This document shows positions 37,945-50,692 of a DNA stretch of 64,000 nucleotides, piece after piece; within the stretch, counting starts at the first letter, position 1, and each line of letters opens with the position of its first letter. Position numbers and translations under genes: made by a program. The notes beneath the pieces were generated by a model that ran no database searches, was not told the DNA's origin, and worked only from the letters and a program-made list of their open reading frames with translations. The DNA comes from Squalus acanthias (taxonomy: Eukaryota), in the NCBI GenBank assembly GCA_030390025.1, contig CM059435.1, forward strand, positions 25,854,001 to 25,918,000, given 5' to 3'.

Positions 37945-39602
37945 TTTTAAAGCATATCTGGCACAAACACTCTGGTTGTCAAGTATTAATTAAAAAAAAC
38001 TCTTGACAAATGAAACACTGGATGAGGTAAAGCACTAAAGGCTGGAAATTACTGTGCGATATTAGTGTATGAACATAATATGACATTCTTTTGTGCGCTA
38101 CACGGGCGCTAACTCATTTATTTAAATGGATTAACAAGTCCATTAAATTCTGGACAATAGGGAGTCATATGTAGTATTTGCCAATCTTGTCAACAGTAAT
38201 TTTTTTATAACCCTGGATTTTTCAATCAGCATAAAAATAAGTTATTGGAAAAATCTAGGCTACATTAGCGATACATAACAGTAATAGACTTCAGTTCTAA
38301 TTTAAATTTCAGCTGAAGTGATTGAAAAAAGGATTAGCACAGGATATGAAAACAATTATTTAGCTTGTGAATATATTTGAATTTGAACTTAGTTTATTGT
38401 TTTCCATTGACTCAAAAAAGTCAATGTTTTTTAAAAAATGTAGTTAAATATGCCATGTTATTGCTGTTTGATTTCTTTTCCGTGCAGAAGAGACGCTTCA
38501 ACAAGACTAGTCTTGCCAGTTTTCAGTCACTCGAGCCTATGTGAAAAACTTACTAATTTGCTGCATTTATATTATAGCTTTGACTCTGGTGGCAGTGCTG
38601 CAATACAAATGAATCATTGGATTCAAACATATAGCCCATTATTCTCTAACCTGAGCATATATTTGGGAAAAGCTGAGGAGCACTTGCTCTCCCATTTGTA
38701 ATTTCAGAGCACCTCTAAACTGAATGAACTTGACTCATCCTGACACCTGATGATTGGATTTCTCAGACTCATTGCCCCTCCCAGGGTGCCTGCCTGTGGG
38801 TAGTGAGGAGTTGGGCTGGGGCTCCACTAACCATGTATTTTCTTTTGTTGATCTTTCTTTTGTATTCTTGTCTCTTTTTGTTCTTTTGGTGACTGTTCAT
38901 TGTTGGCTTTCAATGAGCAGTTAGGGGCTCAATTGGTGGATTTAGAGTGAAGTCTAACCATAGCAAACCCAGGCCACTTGTTAGCATAGGTGAGGAGGGG
39001 GATGCACAGTTTTGCACGGTGAATCTTGCAGAGAGGGAGACAAGAAAGAAAGAGTAAAAGAGAGATGGCGCCGTCTTCCTCTTTTTGAGGATCATGCTCG
39101 TGTCCAAAGCTGTTCGCAAGTTATGCCAAAGCACCCACCTTCAAGTAATCCCCATGAAAAGCCACAATCGTATTCACTCATTTTTGACCTCGCAAAGCAT
39201 TGAGTCCTTATTTTTTCTATAGCTGGTAGCTGCCAAAATCGTTTTTGACTGATGGATTTTTGCTGAATTTGGGATAGCAAAGCAGTCTAGGGCCACAGCA
39301 CACATTGGCTTGTTTCTCCTAATGTGTGGTACTCCATTGCTCATACAACTGCTCATTTGTCTACTAATTATAAATTCTGGTGGCAATTCTTGGTTGAACT
39401 GCAGTAGGAATAGCTTATTAGTGTGCTGTGTGTCCAAAACACGAATGCACTGCAGGTTTGGTTAAATAAATCACCCCAGTAGTCATCTTACATTGGGAGT
39501 AATAAATGTGAAACCTTTTATTCATCCTTAGTTTCAGCAGTCTGCATTTTCTGATTGGGGAGCATCTCTCCTTGGGTGGGACTTCCCATTGTGGCCTTTT
39601 TT

Positions 39603-41012
39603 AATTTGTTCATGGGATGTGGGCGTCGCTGCCAAGGCCAGCATTTATTGGCCATCCCTAGTTGCCCTTGAGAAGGAGGTGGTGAGCCGCCTTCTTGAAC
39701 CGCTGTAGTCTGTGTGGTGAAGGTACTCCCACAGTGCTGTTAGGGAGGGAGTTCCAGGATTTTGACCCAGCGATGATGAAGGAACGGCGATATACTTCTA
39801 AGTCAGGATGGTGTGTAACTTGGAGGGGAACTTGAAGGTGATGGTGTTCCCATGCGCCTGCTGCCCTTGTCCTTCTAGGTGGTAGAGGTCGCGGGTTTGG
39901 GAGGTGCTGCCGAAGAAGCCTTGGCGAGTTGCTGCAGTGCATCCTGTAGATGGTACACACTGCAGCCACGGTACGCCGGTGGAGGAGAGAGGGAATGTTT
40001 AAAGTGGTGGATGAGGTCTCAATCAAGCGGACTGCTTTGTCCTGGATGGTGTCGAGCTTCTTGAGTGTTGTTGGAGCTGCACTCCTCCAGGCAAGTGGAG
40101 AGTATTCCATCACACTCCTGACTTGTGCCTTGTAGATGGTAGAAAGGCTTTGGGGAGTCAGGAGGTGAGACACTCACTGCAGAATACCCAGCATCTGACC
40201 TGCTCTTGTTACCACAGTATTTATGTGGCTGGTCCAGTTAAGTTTCTAGTCAATGGTTACCCCCATGATGTTGATGGTGGGGGATTCGGCGATGGTAATG
40301 TCATTGAATGTCATGGGGCGGTGGTTAGACTCTCTCTTGTTGGAGATAGTCATTGCCTGGCACTTGTGTGGCGCGAATGTTACTTGCCACTTACCAGCCC
40401 AAGCCTGAATGTTGTCCAGGTCTTGCTGCATGCAGGCATGGACTGCTTCATTATCTGAGGAGTTGTAATGGAACTGAACACTGTGCAATCATCAGCGATC
40501 ATCCCCTCTTCTGAACTTATGATGAAGCAGCTAAAGATGGTTGGGCCTAGGACACTGCCCTGAGGAACTCCTGCAGTGATGTTCTGGGGCTGAGTTGATT
40601 GACCTCCCGCAACCACAACCATCTTCCTTTATGCTAGGTATGACTCCAGCCAGCGGAGAGATTTCCCCCTGATTCCCATTGACTTCAATTTTACTAGGGC
40701 CACTTGATGCCACACTCGGTCAAATGCTACCTTGATGTCAAGGGCAGTCACTCTCACCTCACCGCTGGAATTCAGCTCCTTTGTCCATGTTTGGACTAAA
40801 GCTGTAATGAGATCTGGAGCCGAGTCGTCCTGGTGGAACCCAAACAGAACATCGGTGAGAAGGCTGTTGGTGAGTAAGTGCTGCTTGATAGCTTGACGAC
40901 ACCTTCCATCACTTTGCTGATGATTGAGAGTAGCCTGATGGGGTGGTAATTGGCCGGATTGGATTTTTCCTGCTTTCTGTGGACAGGACATAACTGGGCA
41001 GTTTTCCACCTT
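39603..41012 (-). mobile_element. CR1-group LINE of a second family (RT to 3' end)
   Basis: ALDIKVAFDRVWH, GVPQGSVLGP, IADDCT, IYKAQVRSVMEY; tail TTCATGGGATGTGGGCGTCGCTG. Confidence 0.88.
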
Positions 41013-41381
41013 GAGATATCTTGCATAAGGAAGTCGGGCTCACCAGCTGCTTCCAGGAAGTCGCACTATCCCGGGGTTGTGGAGGGTGAAGACTTGATAC
41101 AGCAGACCTCAGAGACTAACCATAGCAAGAGAAAGAAGCGGCTTCTGATCAAGTTTTTTTTTCTGGGGCCTGTGCATGCCATGCTCTGAGTGAGCTTGTA
41201 TAGGCCCCTCTTCCATTGAATCACCAACGTCCTCTTCAGTGACCTTAGAACGCTAGATGCTGAGGCTTACCAAGTGGCCCCTTCTAATGATCTAGCACTA
41301 TCCACCCCAGAGCCACCAAAACAAAATGGTGGGGGGGGGGGGGGGGAGGGGCAGAAAAACCAGGCTAGCATATCTATTTTA

Positions 41382-41490
41382 TTTCCAGTTCTGACGAAGG
41401 GTCTTCGACCTGAAACGTTAACTCTGTTTCTCTCTCCATGGATGCTGCCTGGCCTGCTGAGTTTTTCCAGCGTTTTCTGTTGTTATTTTA
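41382..41490 (+). mobile_element. Penelope-like pLTR fragment (same family as 23555-24125)
   Basis: Hammerhead followed by GATGCTGCCTGGCCTGCTGAG...TTCCAGC...TTCTGTTGTTATTT. Confidence 0.8.
41387..41423 (+). ncRNA. Minimal type I hammerhead ribozyme
   Basis: AGTT-CTGACGA-A-GGGTC ttc GACCT-GAA-ACGT-T-AACT. Confidence 0.82.
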
Positions 41491-42302
41491 GCATATCTGT
41501 TGTTTGTGACATGAGGTATCCCAGAGGATTTAAATCTGCGACGTAGATATACCTGTGTTCACTGCTATTAATTTGAGAGCTTCTAGATTTTCCCTATTTG
41601 CTTTCTTAGAACCTTATGACAACAAGAGCAGTTCATATGAAGCAGCAGAAAGTTCTGTAAATGGGCGAGGCTTTACATTATCAAGGGCCTTAGTACCGTT
41701 CCTGGCAAATCAGACCCTAACTACAATGTCATGGTGTATATGATTTTTCAGTGATTCATACCCTAGTGCACAAAGCAATACTAATATTTAATTTTTGTGG
41801 TTTTCTGTTTAAATCCAGTTCCAACTGACATAATAAGCACTTTGTACAGCTAACCTTACTGTGATGTAATAAGAAGGGCATGCTGATGAGATGAGGATTA
41901 CATTCCAAAGATTTGAAACTTATCTCTTCAAATATTAGTGTATGAATGCTTAACAAAATTCCTTTCTCTGCTTTATAATGGAGGTATTAATCTGTTTATT
42001 TTGAAAATGTCAAGAGAACGTGTTAATATGCTAGTATCACACAGAATAATTTCAGGGCCAAATAATTCTGATGATGTAGTCAGAAGCCACACTTTATTTT
42101 TCATTAAGATGTAAGTTCATCTTGTGACATCAAAGTTGTTTTTCCAGGTTTTGAAACAAAGTGTGTGTAATGTTAACATGCTGGCTTGTGGCTGAGAAAC
42201 CAGCAATAAAACAGTGCAATAGTACCAGTAACACAAGGATGACCTCATTATTGCACGCAACTAAATTCAGGTCTATTAGCCAAAATTATTTCCTAAAACT
42301 AA

Positions 42303-42452
42303 GGGGGGAAAATTGAGTTGCGCCCCCTTTGGGGCGCTAACTTCGCCGGGGCGAAAAAATTAGCACCCCCGCGGCCAAAATTGAGTGGTAGCGCCGCGGG
42401 CGCTAGTTGCTTTGCGCCCACGGGAAGTGCAAAGCAACCAAATTTTTCCCCC
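42303..42452. mobile_element. 150-bp Harbinger MITE (ends related to 48342-49104)
   Basis: TIRs GGGGGGAAAATT / AATTTTTCCCCC; flanks TAA / GAA. Confidence 0.75.
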
Positions 42453-42696
42453 GAAAACTGGATTCTAACATCAGCTAAAACTTGCTTCATTCAATTATTT
42501 TCCTAATTTCAAGCAAAGTTTTTAAAAACTTGTGCGGCTACGAGTGACGGATATTTCAAGGGCAACATGTCATGATGGAATTAGCTGGCTGATTGCAGCA
42601 TTGGGGCTGACTGTGCATATGTGCTGAGCCTCTGTCCTGCTCTCCCACTGTTATATATAGTTTGGTCTCTTCGGAACATCTTTATGTAAACAACAT

Positions 42697-43389
42697 GGAC
42701 TGGAATTTCCGGGAAAGTTTCAGGGTAACTATGGTGTAAGAGTGGACTTGCACCCTTTTACTCCAAGGAAATTCGCACGTAACCAAATTAAAACGGTTTT
42801 ACGTCGAAACTTTGCTAGGCGTGAATTTCCTCGGTTTACTTGCGCCACTTCTGAGATACGTCTGCCAAAACCATCTGCCGCTCATTTACATAGCTCTGCC
42901 TCCATGCATAAGACCAGCTTGTGCGGGTTTCCTGGATTTACACGAATAATGTGCTGCCGTAAGTTTACAGTCAACTGATATAACTCAGATTTCTACAGTT
43001 TGAAGCTGATTTTCTTCGCGATTTTTAAAAATAAATCCTTTCTGAGACCTGCACTATGTTAACCATAGTGTTCTCAGTCTCCGTGCAGCTGAAATTTGTT
43101 GGACCCCACCCCACCCCACATGTTCAGAAGCACTAAGCAGCTGGAATGGCCTTCTCAATGGTCTTATGTCTGTTCAGCATAATAATGGAAAAGGAGCAGC
43201 CGAGGTAAGAGGCCCTAAGAGTGAGGAGCAGAGCACAGCAGCCCAGTATATCGCCCCCTTTTGGCGGAATAGGCAAATGAGCCCTGCAGGAAATTTGGGC
43301 ATAAGTTCTTTATCGGCAAGATCAGTGCAGAAGCCGGTGTAATTTTCAGCATAATTTCTCCATAAGTGTGATCCAGGAAATTCCGGCTC
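42697..43389. mobile_element. Harbinger-type MITE
   Basis: TIRs GGACTGGAATTTCC / GGAAATTCCGGCTC; TSD CAT. Confidence 0.65.
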
Positions 43390-43429
43390 CATATTGTGCA
43401 CTTCATGTGATTGTGGTCATAGTAACATC

Positions 43430-43669
43430 GGCCGTGATTTTGCTGACCACAAATTTGCTGTCAAAAGCTCTTGACAGATGAAACATCACTCGCTGATGTC
43501 ACCCGTAACCGGCTTTCCCTTAATTGGCCTGCTAAGCCCACTGGGCGGGCTTAACAAGGTCAATCAAGGGAAAATAGCGTGGGTTGGCCACAGGTCGATG
43601 GAGGCGGGACTAAAACCCAACAAGTGGGTGTCCCGCCTCCAAAAGCTCCCCGTTGGCAAAATCCAGCCC
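43430..43669. mobile_element. Harbinger-type MITE (family of 7809-8579)
   Basis: Ends GGCCGTGATTTT / AAAATCCAGCCC; shares GGCGGGCTTAACAAGGTCAATCAA; TSDs do not match. Confidence 0.65.
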
Positions 43670-45963
43670 AAAGTATTTGTTTAATTTCTCTGCCATTTCC
43701 TTATTCCCCATTATAATTTCTCCTGTCTCAGTCTGTAAGGGACCCACATTTACTTTCGCTAATCTTTTCCTTTTACATATCTATAGAAGCTTTTATAGTC
43801 TGTTTTTATGTCTCTCGCTAGTTTACTCTCATATTCTATTTTCCCTTTCTTTATCAATTTCTTGATCCTCCTTTGCTGAATTCTAAAATCCTCCCAATCC
43901 TCAGGCTTACTGCTCTTTTTGGAAACATTATAAGCCTCTTCCTTTGATCTACTACTATCTTTAACTTCTTGTTAGCCACGGTTGGACCACTTTTCCTGTG
44001 GGGTTTTTGTGCCTTAAAGGAATGTATATTTGTTGTAAATTATGTATTAATTCTTTAAATGCTATCCATTGTTTGTCTACCGTCATACCTTTTAATGTAG
44101 GTTCCCAATCTACCTTAGCCAACTTACCCCTCATACCTACGTAGTTTGATTTGTTTAGATTTAAGACCCTAGTTTCGAATTTAACTAAACCACTTTCGAA
44201 CTTAACATAAAATTCCATCATATTATGGTCACTCTTCCCTAAAGGCCCCTTTACTACAAGATTATTAATTAACCCTTTTTCATTGCACAATACTAGATCT
44301 AAAATAGCCTGTTCCCTAGTTGGTTCCTCAACATACTGATCTAGAAAACTATCTTGCATACATTCCATGAATTCGTCCTCCACACTATTAACTGCAAATT
44401 TGGTTTGCCCAGTCTATATGTAGATTAAAGTCCCCCATGATTATTTTATTACTCTTGTTACATGCACCTCTAATTTCCTGATTTATACTCTGCCCTACAT
44501 TACAACTACTGTTTGGGGGCCTATAAACAACTCCCACCAATGTTTTCTGCCCCTTGCTGTTTCTTAGCTCCACCCAAACTGATTCTACTTCTTGATTTTT
44601 GGAGCTAAGATCCTTTTTCTCAACCGTCTTTATCCCATCCTTATTATCAGGGCTACCCTTCCTCCTTTTCCATTTTGCATATCCAGTCTAAAAGTTAAGT
44701 ATGCAGGAATATTTAGTTCCCAACCTTGGTCACTTTGCAACTACGTCTCCATAATGGCTATTCGATCAAACCTATTAATTACTATCTCTGCTATTAATTC
44801 ATCTGTTTTGTTGCAAATGCTTCGCGCATTCAGATATAGTGCTTTTAGCTTTGACTTTTTTCTATTTATCCCTGATGTCCCCTTAGTCCCTATTACCTTT
44901 GTTACTCTCTCTGTCCCTTCCTGACCCACTCTACTTATTTTTACCCAAAACTCTGTCCTGTTCTAGAGCCTTGACATTTCTCTTGCTGCTTTTAAACTTA
45001 CTCTTTCCTGAATCCTCCCAACCCCCTTCATTAGTTTAAAGCCCTGTCTACTGCCCTAGTTATTCGATTCACCAGGAACACTGGTTCCAGCCCGGTTTAA
45101 GTGGAGCCCGTCCCAACGGAACAGCTCCCTCTTTCCCCAGTACTGGTGCCAGTGCCCCATAAAGCAAAACCCCTGCCTCCTACACCACTCTTTGAGCCAC
45201 GCATTTAACTTTCTAATCTGCTTATCCCTGTGCCAATTGGCGCATGGCTCAGGTAACAATCCAGAGACTATTACCTTTGAGGTTCTGCTTTTTAATTTGG
45301 ACCCCAACTCCTCAAACTCTCTCAGCAGAACCTCATTCCTAGTTCTACCTATGTCATTGGTTCCTATGTGGACCACGACAACTGGATCCTCCCCTTCCCA
45401 CTCCAAGTTCTTCACCAGCCGTGAAGCGATTTCTTTAACCCTGGCAGGCAACACAACCTTCGTAACTCCTGGTCACAGCTGCTGAGAATAGTATCCCTCT
45501 GACTATACTGTCCCCTACCACAACTACATTCCCTTTCACACACCCCCACTTGAATGGCCTCCTGCACCATGGTGCCATGGTCAGCTTGCTCATCTATCCT
45601 GCAGGCTTTTCCCTCATCCACACAGGCAGCAAGAACCTCATACTTGTTGGATAAGGACAAATGCTGAGGCACCTCCAGCACTTCACCTGGGGTCCCTTTA
45701 CCTGCCTGAGTTGCAGTCACACCCTTCTGTCCCTGACCACTAACCAGACCTGTACCACTAACCTAAGGGGTGTGATTGCCTCCTGGATCAAAGTGTCCAG
45801 GTAACTCTCCCCCCCCTCCCTGATGCCCCGTAATGTCTGCACCTCAGACTCCAGCTCAACAACTTTGAGCTGAAGTTCCTCAGGATGCAAGCACTTACTG
45901 CAAAAATGGTTGTCCAGGATCACAATACTCTCCACAAACTCCCACATGTTGCAGCTGAGGCAC
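43670..45963 (-). mobile_element. CR1 LINE 5' portion: ORF1 (zinc finger/leucine zipper plus SGNH esterase) and APE endonuclease
   Basis: CLSCNMWE...CSKC; VVVHIGTNDIG...WDGLHLNRAG; LYLNARSICNK, IIMGDFN, GKSDH; frameshifted. Confidence 0.9.
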
Positions 45964-46780
45964 ACCAACTGGTTGAGGCTTGGGCATTGTAGGGATGCTT
46001 TATGGTGTTGATGTGGGGTGGTGCCAACCTGGCGTGTCATGTGACAGCCAGGGTGTACAGCGTCAAGTGAAGTAAATCTGGCCATGGTGAGACCATCCCT
46101 GGCCTCCCAGGCAGCAATGTGGTTGGGTGCTGATGCCCTGTGTTCTGTGCAGCATCAGTTGATTGCGGAGAAGGTTGGTGGTGTTGTTGGTGCTGCTGGT
46201 GTTGGGGCTGATTGTGGTGGGATTCGGAGGACCAAGGTGAGAGGGTTTTAACGGCACCCATGCTGATGGAATAGATGGCAAGTGAAGTAGAGATGACAGA
46301 AGCGATTTGTCAATGGTGAGAGAGGTAATGAGGTCAGACTGGATGGAGACTTATGTAAAGACTTGCAGCATGGTGAATCTGTTGTGGAAATGCAGTGAGG
46401 AAGAGCTTGTGGCTGAGGGAAGGTGGGAGCTTTTACTTTACATTTGAAGCAGTCAACTCAACAACTGATTCAATGACCACTGAACTCCCGCCTCAGCTTG
46501 ACAGACATGGTCCACGACTAGCGTGGACACTGGGCGAGCTGTCAAATGCAAAAGAGAAGCTGAAAATCATTCTTAATTGGCTCTAAACAAGCCACTAATT
46601 ACCTGAATTGGGTCCCCTGCCGCTGCGTGTTGGGTCTGCTCAGCGTTGATAGACCCGACATCGGGGAAAAGAGCGTGGCGGCGGGTTCACAGTGGGGTCC
46701 CGACCCGCTGGGGAAAAAAAACACATTCCCACCCGACCCGCCACCAAACACGCCCGCTGACCCCCTGGAAAATTCCAGCC
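45964..46780 (-). mobile_element. Left half of a Harbinger deletion derivative (same family as 3713-5239)
   Basis: Reverse complement is colinear with about 3713-4325; terminus GGAAAATTCCAGCC. Confidence 0.8.
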
Positions 46781-46784
46781 TTTG

Positions 46785-47285
46785 TAACATTTCAGGCAGG
46801 AGAAGATCTTTGGTCCATCTTGCCCACCTGTCCACACACCGTATTCCCTTGGTTCATTTCTAATAACCCTGAATCCCATTTGTTGACAAGAATGTTCTGT
46901 GTTAACCTGTCTAATTCCTCCTTGAGACCCATTAAGGTTTCTTGTATTTAATTTGCACCTTGTGCTTAAATTCTGTACACGACAGAAAAGCTTACTTGGA
47001 TCTAATTTGTCCAAAACTTTCATAATTTTAAACACTTTCATCATATCCCCTCTCCGTCTTCTCTTTTCAAGAGAGAACAGACCCAGTGTAGTCACTCTTT
47101 CCTCATATGTCATTCCCTTAAGTTATGGGATGTGGCATGTAGCCCTTCTCTGTACACCTTCCAATAACTGAATATCTTTTCCGAAATAGGCAGAATAAAA
47201 CTGCACGCAGTACTCCAGATGTGGTCTCACCCGAGCCAAAAACTGTTTTAAATTGACCTCTCTGGATTTATATATTATACCCCTT
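46785..47285 (-). mobile_element. Old CR1 3' fragment
   Basis: MTYEERVTTLGLFSLEKRRRRGDM. Confidence 0.75.
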
Positions 47286-48341
47286 GCTGTGATTCCGCAT
47301 CCTGGTTCACATCATGCTGGGGACCAACACTCAAAGCAACCTGGAGCAGTGTGTTAAAATTATCAGGGCTTAGTCCAGTGAAGGGGGCGAAAGGAGAATG
47401 ATCATAACGGAAAGCCTGGCGCTCTATTGTGTTACCCCACATCTACATTATCGCACCAGGAGACTTGGGAAAGGGGAGATAGAAAATTCATGTCCGGAAC
47501 TGCAAGGATTTACTCTCTTTCTGCTGACGGTTAGATGATCCGGAAGTGAGCAGATATGAAATGAGAAGAATAATAGTGGAAAAATGGAGTGTATATAATC
47601 CCTTGTAGTTAAGAGAATTGTATGGGGATAAATATAGTGTTCATGCTAGAATATCAAGAGGGGAAATATTCTGCAGAATAAAGCAGTAATGCTTCTGGCT
47701 AAGGTTAAATGTGCAGTGAACAGAAATGTCTCCAGATGTAGCAAGACACCTTTACTGAGAAATCGTCTGGTACGTTCTAACTGAGTGTACACAGTATGTG
47801 ACCCTGGAGTGTTTATTGCTTTTAGATTTGGAAGAAACATTTAAGGCCCAGTATGGTATTAATGTTCATTTACGATGTTTCCATGATCTGTAGAATAGTC
47901 CAGCCTGTTTCCATAGTGAGGACAACCTTCTGATATTGCTCATGGCAAAGTTGAATATCTGGATATTGAACAAACATGCTGGCTAGAAAATACTCAACTG
48001 GGATTTTTTGGTTGCATTACCCTCCATAAACAGGTACAATTGGAGTGTAGCAGCATGTAAAAATGGACAAATCCATTACATTTACCCATATTTCCAGTTG
48101 GTGAAAGGAAGCTCCAGCCAAAAGAGGTAGACGCTTCATCACAATATTAAAATTAATATTCATGCTGTTTCCAGCATTTACACAAGATCTGGACTCGGTT
48201 ATGTGTAATACCTTGTACAATGGGCCTGCAGGATTACTGGGCAGCTGTTCAATGCAGAAGGGAAATTTTAACGGGCCAGTGACAGTCAAAGTAATGGTTA
48301 TTGAATCTTCCCCCTTATCTTTGCCCACTAAGTTAATCTTA

Positions 48342-49104
48342 GGGGTAAAAATTGAGTCGCGCCCCATTTGGGGCGCTAACCTCGCCGGGGTGCAACTTTT
48401 AGCGCCCCGAAAAAATTAGCGGCCCCGCGCCGGAACTTCAGTGGTTGCGCCCCAAGAGGGAAGCGGGGCGCCACTGGAAGCACCCCGCATCCCTCTTGGG
48501 GCGCTGCGAGTGAATATCCTGGCGCTACGTGCCGCAGCGCCATGCGCTGCGGCACGTCGCGCCGCGGTATTGCAGGCCTTCCTCCCCTTCTTAAAGGGGA
48601 GGGACCCTGCGCAGCGCGAACCTGGGCCCCCAGGGATCGGGAGTGCCGGCAAAAGAGCCCGGCACTCAAGAGAAGTGCCGGGCTCTTGGAGCGCAGCCGG
48701 CACTTCACGGTGGGGGGGCTTCACGGGGGCCGGGGACAGCAACGGGGGCAGGTGCTGGCAGGCGGCCAGCAACAAAAATGGCCGCCTGCCACCTCCCCTT
48801 TAAATATCGCCGCCCCGGCCGCACGTACGCCTCCCTGAACCCGTCGGACATAGCGTCTGGCGGTAAATCAGGGGGCGCGACTGAAGATCACGGCCGGGGC
48901 GCGAGCGGGGTGCTGCGCACGGCGATGACGTCATCGCCGGCGGCGCAGCGCCACAGGGCGCTACCGGCTGCCGCCGCCGCTAACCTCCCACTAAATTTTT
49001 CGGGAGGCGTGGGCGGCGCTGCGCCCGGGCGTTAGCTGCTTTACGCCCCATTAGCGCCCTCTTAAGGCGCTAACGGGAGGCGCAAGCAGCTGAATTTTTC
49101 CCCC
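48342..49104. mobile_element. CpG-rich Harbinger MITE
   Basis: TIRs GGGGTAAAAATT / AATTTTTCCCCC; canonical TSD TTA (48339-41 and 49105-07). Confidence 0.9.
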
Positions 49105-49817
49105 TTAAGGTTTTGTGCCATGGGGCGTGGCCTTGCCATATTTTGGTTAAGACCTAAAAATGTGGTCAGTGGGTGCAGTCAAAGGCGCCCTGCACCATGG
49201 GGAATCCCGCTATCCTGGCAAAGCCACATGCATGCTTGTCCTGCTTCTCTCTGGTGATGGGGAAGGAAATGGATTCCCTTCTCCTACTGTAGAGAGCCTC
49301 TGTGACCTCCCGGATGCAGCAATGGACGGCGAACTGCGAGATGTTAGCTATGCCTCCTGTTGCAGACTGGCGAAGAAATTGAGGGCGACGGTGACCTTGA
49401 CTGCTACTGTGAGAGCCGTGGTCGCCCTGATCTGAGGCTGGAGGTCTGGTTGCAGGAGGTGGCAGAGTTCTGTGACCACCTCCTTGGTGAAGTGGAGCCT
49501 TCTAATACACTACTCCTCACTAAATTGGAGGTAGGAGAAGTGCTCTCGGAATTCCCTCGGAGGGTAAGGCCTCCTGTTGAGAGCCCTGATGGCCCTCCTC
49601 CTCCCTCTGGACACATGTTCCAGTCTTTCTCGCTGCCTCCGCTCCCTCCACCATAGATCCTGGAGGGTGAGGTCGACTGCCAGTACAGCCCCCATTAATG
49701 TAACCAAGTGTAGCAGTTTGAATTTTTCAAGATGTGGAGATGCCGGCGTTGGACTGGGGTGGACAAAAATGAGAAGTCGCACAACACCAGGTTATAGTCC
49801 AACAGATTTATTTAATT

Positions 49818-49855
49818 TTACAAGCTTTCGGAGCTGTCGCTCCTTCCTCAGGTAA
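49818..49855 (-). ncRNA. Minimal type I hammerhead ribozyme (pLTR)
   Basis: Exact reverse complement of 50693-50730. Confidence 0.8.
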
Positions 49856-50089
49856 GTTAGCAGTGAGAGAATCTCCCAGAATTCACAATTTAAACACAGA
49901 CAAAATCTATTCAAATATTTCCCTACATCAAAGACACACTAAGAGTACAGCCAAGACAATGAGATGTGTCCCAGGGGGTCCAACGTGTCAAACCACCTGC
50001 TGGCTGCATATCCTGTCAATTTGTGTTGGTTCTTGAGCTAGTCTTTTTAAAAAAAAAAAACACCTGGGAAGACCGGCCATGATGTCAAG

Positions 50090-50555
50090 TCACGTTCTGT
50101 ATCGTGACATGAACCCGATATCGCGATTGAGGCCATCCTCATGAGTGCGGAACTTGGCTATCAGTTTCTGCTCTATGATTTTGCGCTGTCGTGTATCCCG
50201 AAGGCCGCCCTGGAGAACGCTTACCCGCAGATCCGAGGCTGAATGCCCCTGGCTGCTGAAGTGTTCCCCGACTGGGAGGGAACCCTCCTGCCTGGCGATT
50301 GTTGCGCGGTGTCCGTTCATACGTTGTCTCAGTGTCTGCATGGTCTCGCCGATGTACCATGCTCTGGAGCATCCTTTACTGCAACGTATCAGGTAGACAA
50401 CGTTGGCCGAGTCACATGAGTATGTACCGTGTACCTGGTGGGTAGTGTCCTCACGTGTGATGATGGTATCTGTGTCCATGATTTGGCATGTCTTGAAGAG
50501 GTTGCCGTGGCAGGGTTGTGTGGTGTCTTGGTTGCTGTTCTCCTGAAAGATGGGT
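50090..50555 (-). pseudogene. Penelope GIY-YIG endonuclease domain fragment
   Basis: TYSCDSANVVYLIRCSKGCSRAWYIGETMQTLRQRMNGHR...VGEHF...RKIIEQKLIAKF...GLN. Confidence 0.9.
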
Positions 50556-50692
50556 AATGACACGTTGGACCCCCTGGGACACATCTCATTGTCTTGGCTG
50601 TACTCTTAGTGTGTCTTTGATGTAGGGAAATATTTGAATAGATTTTGTCTGTGTTTAAATTGTGAATTCTGGGAGATTCTCTCACTGCTAAC

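Noticed and set aside
48376-49035. Several overlapping 100-130 aa ORFs
   Set aside because: Stop-codon depletion in a GC-rich MITE; no recognisable domain
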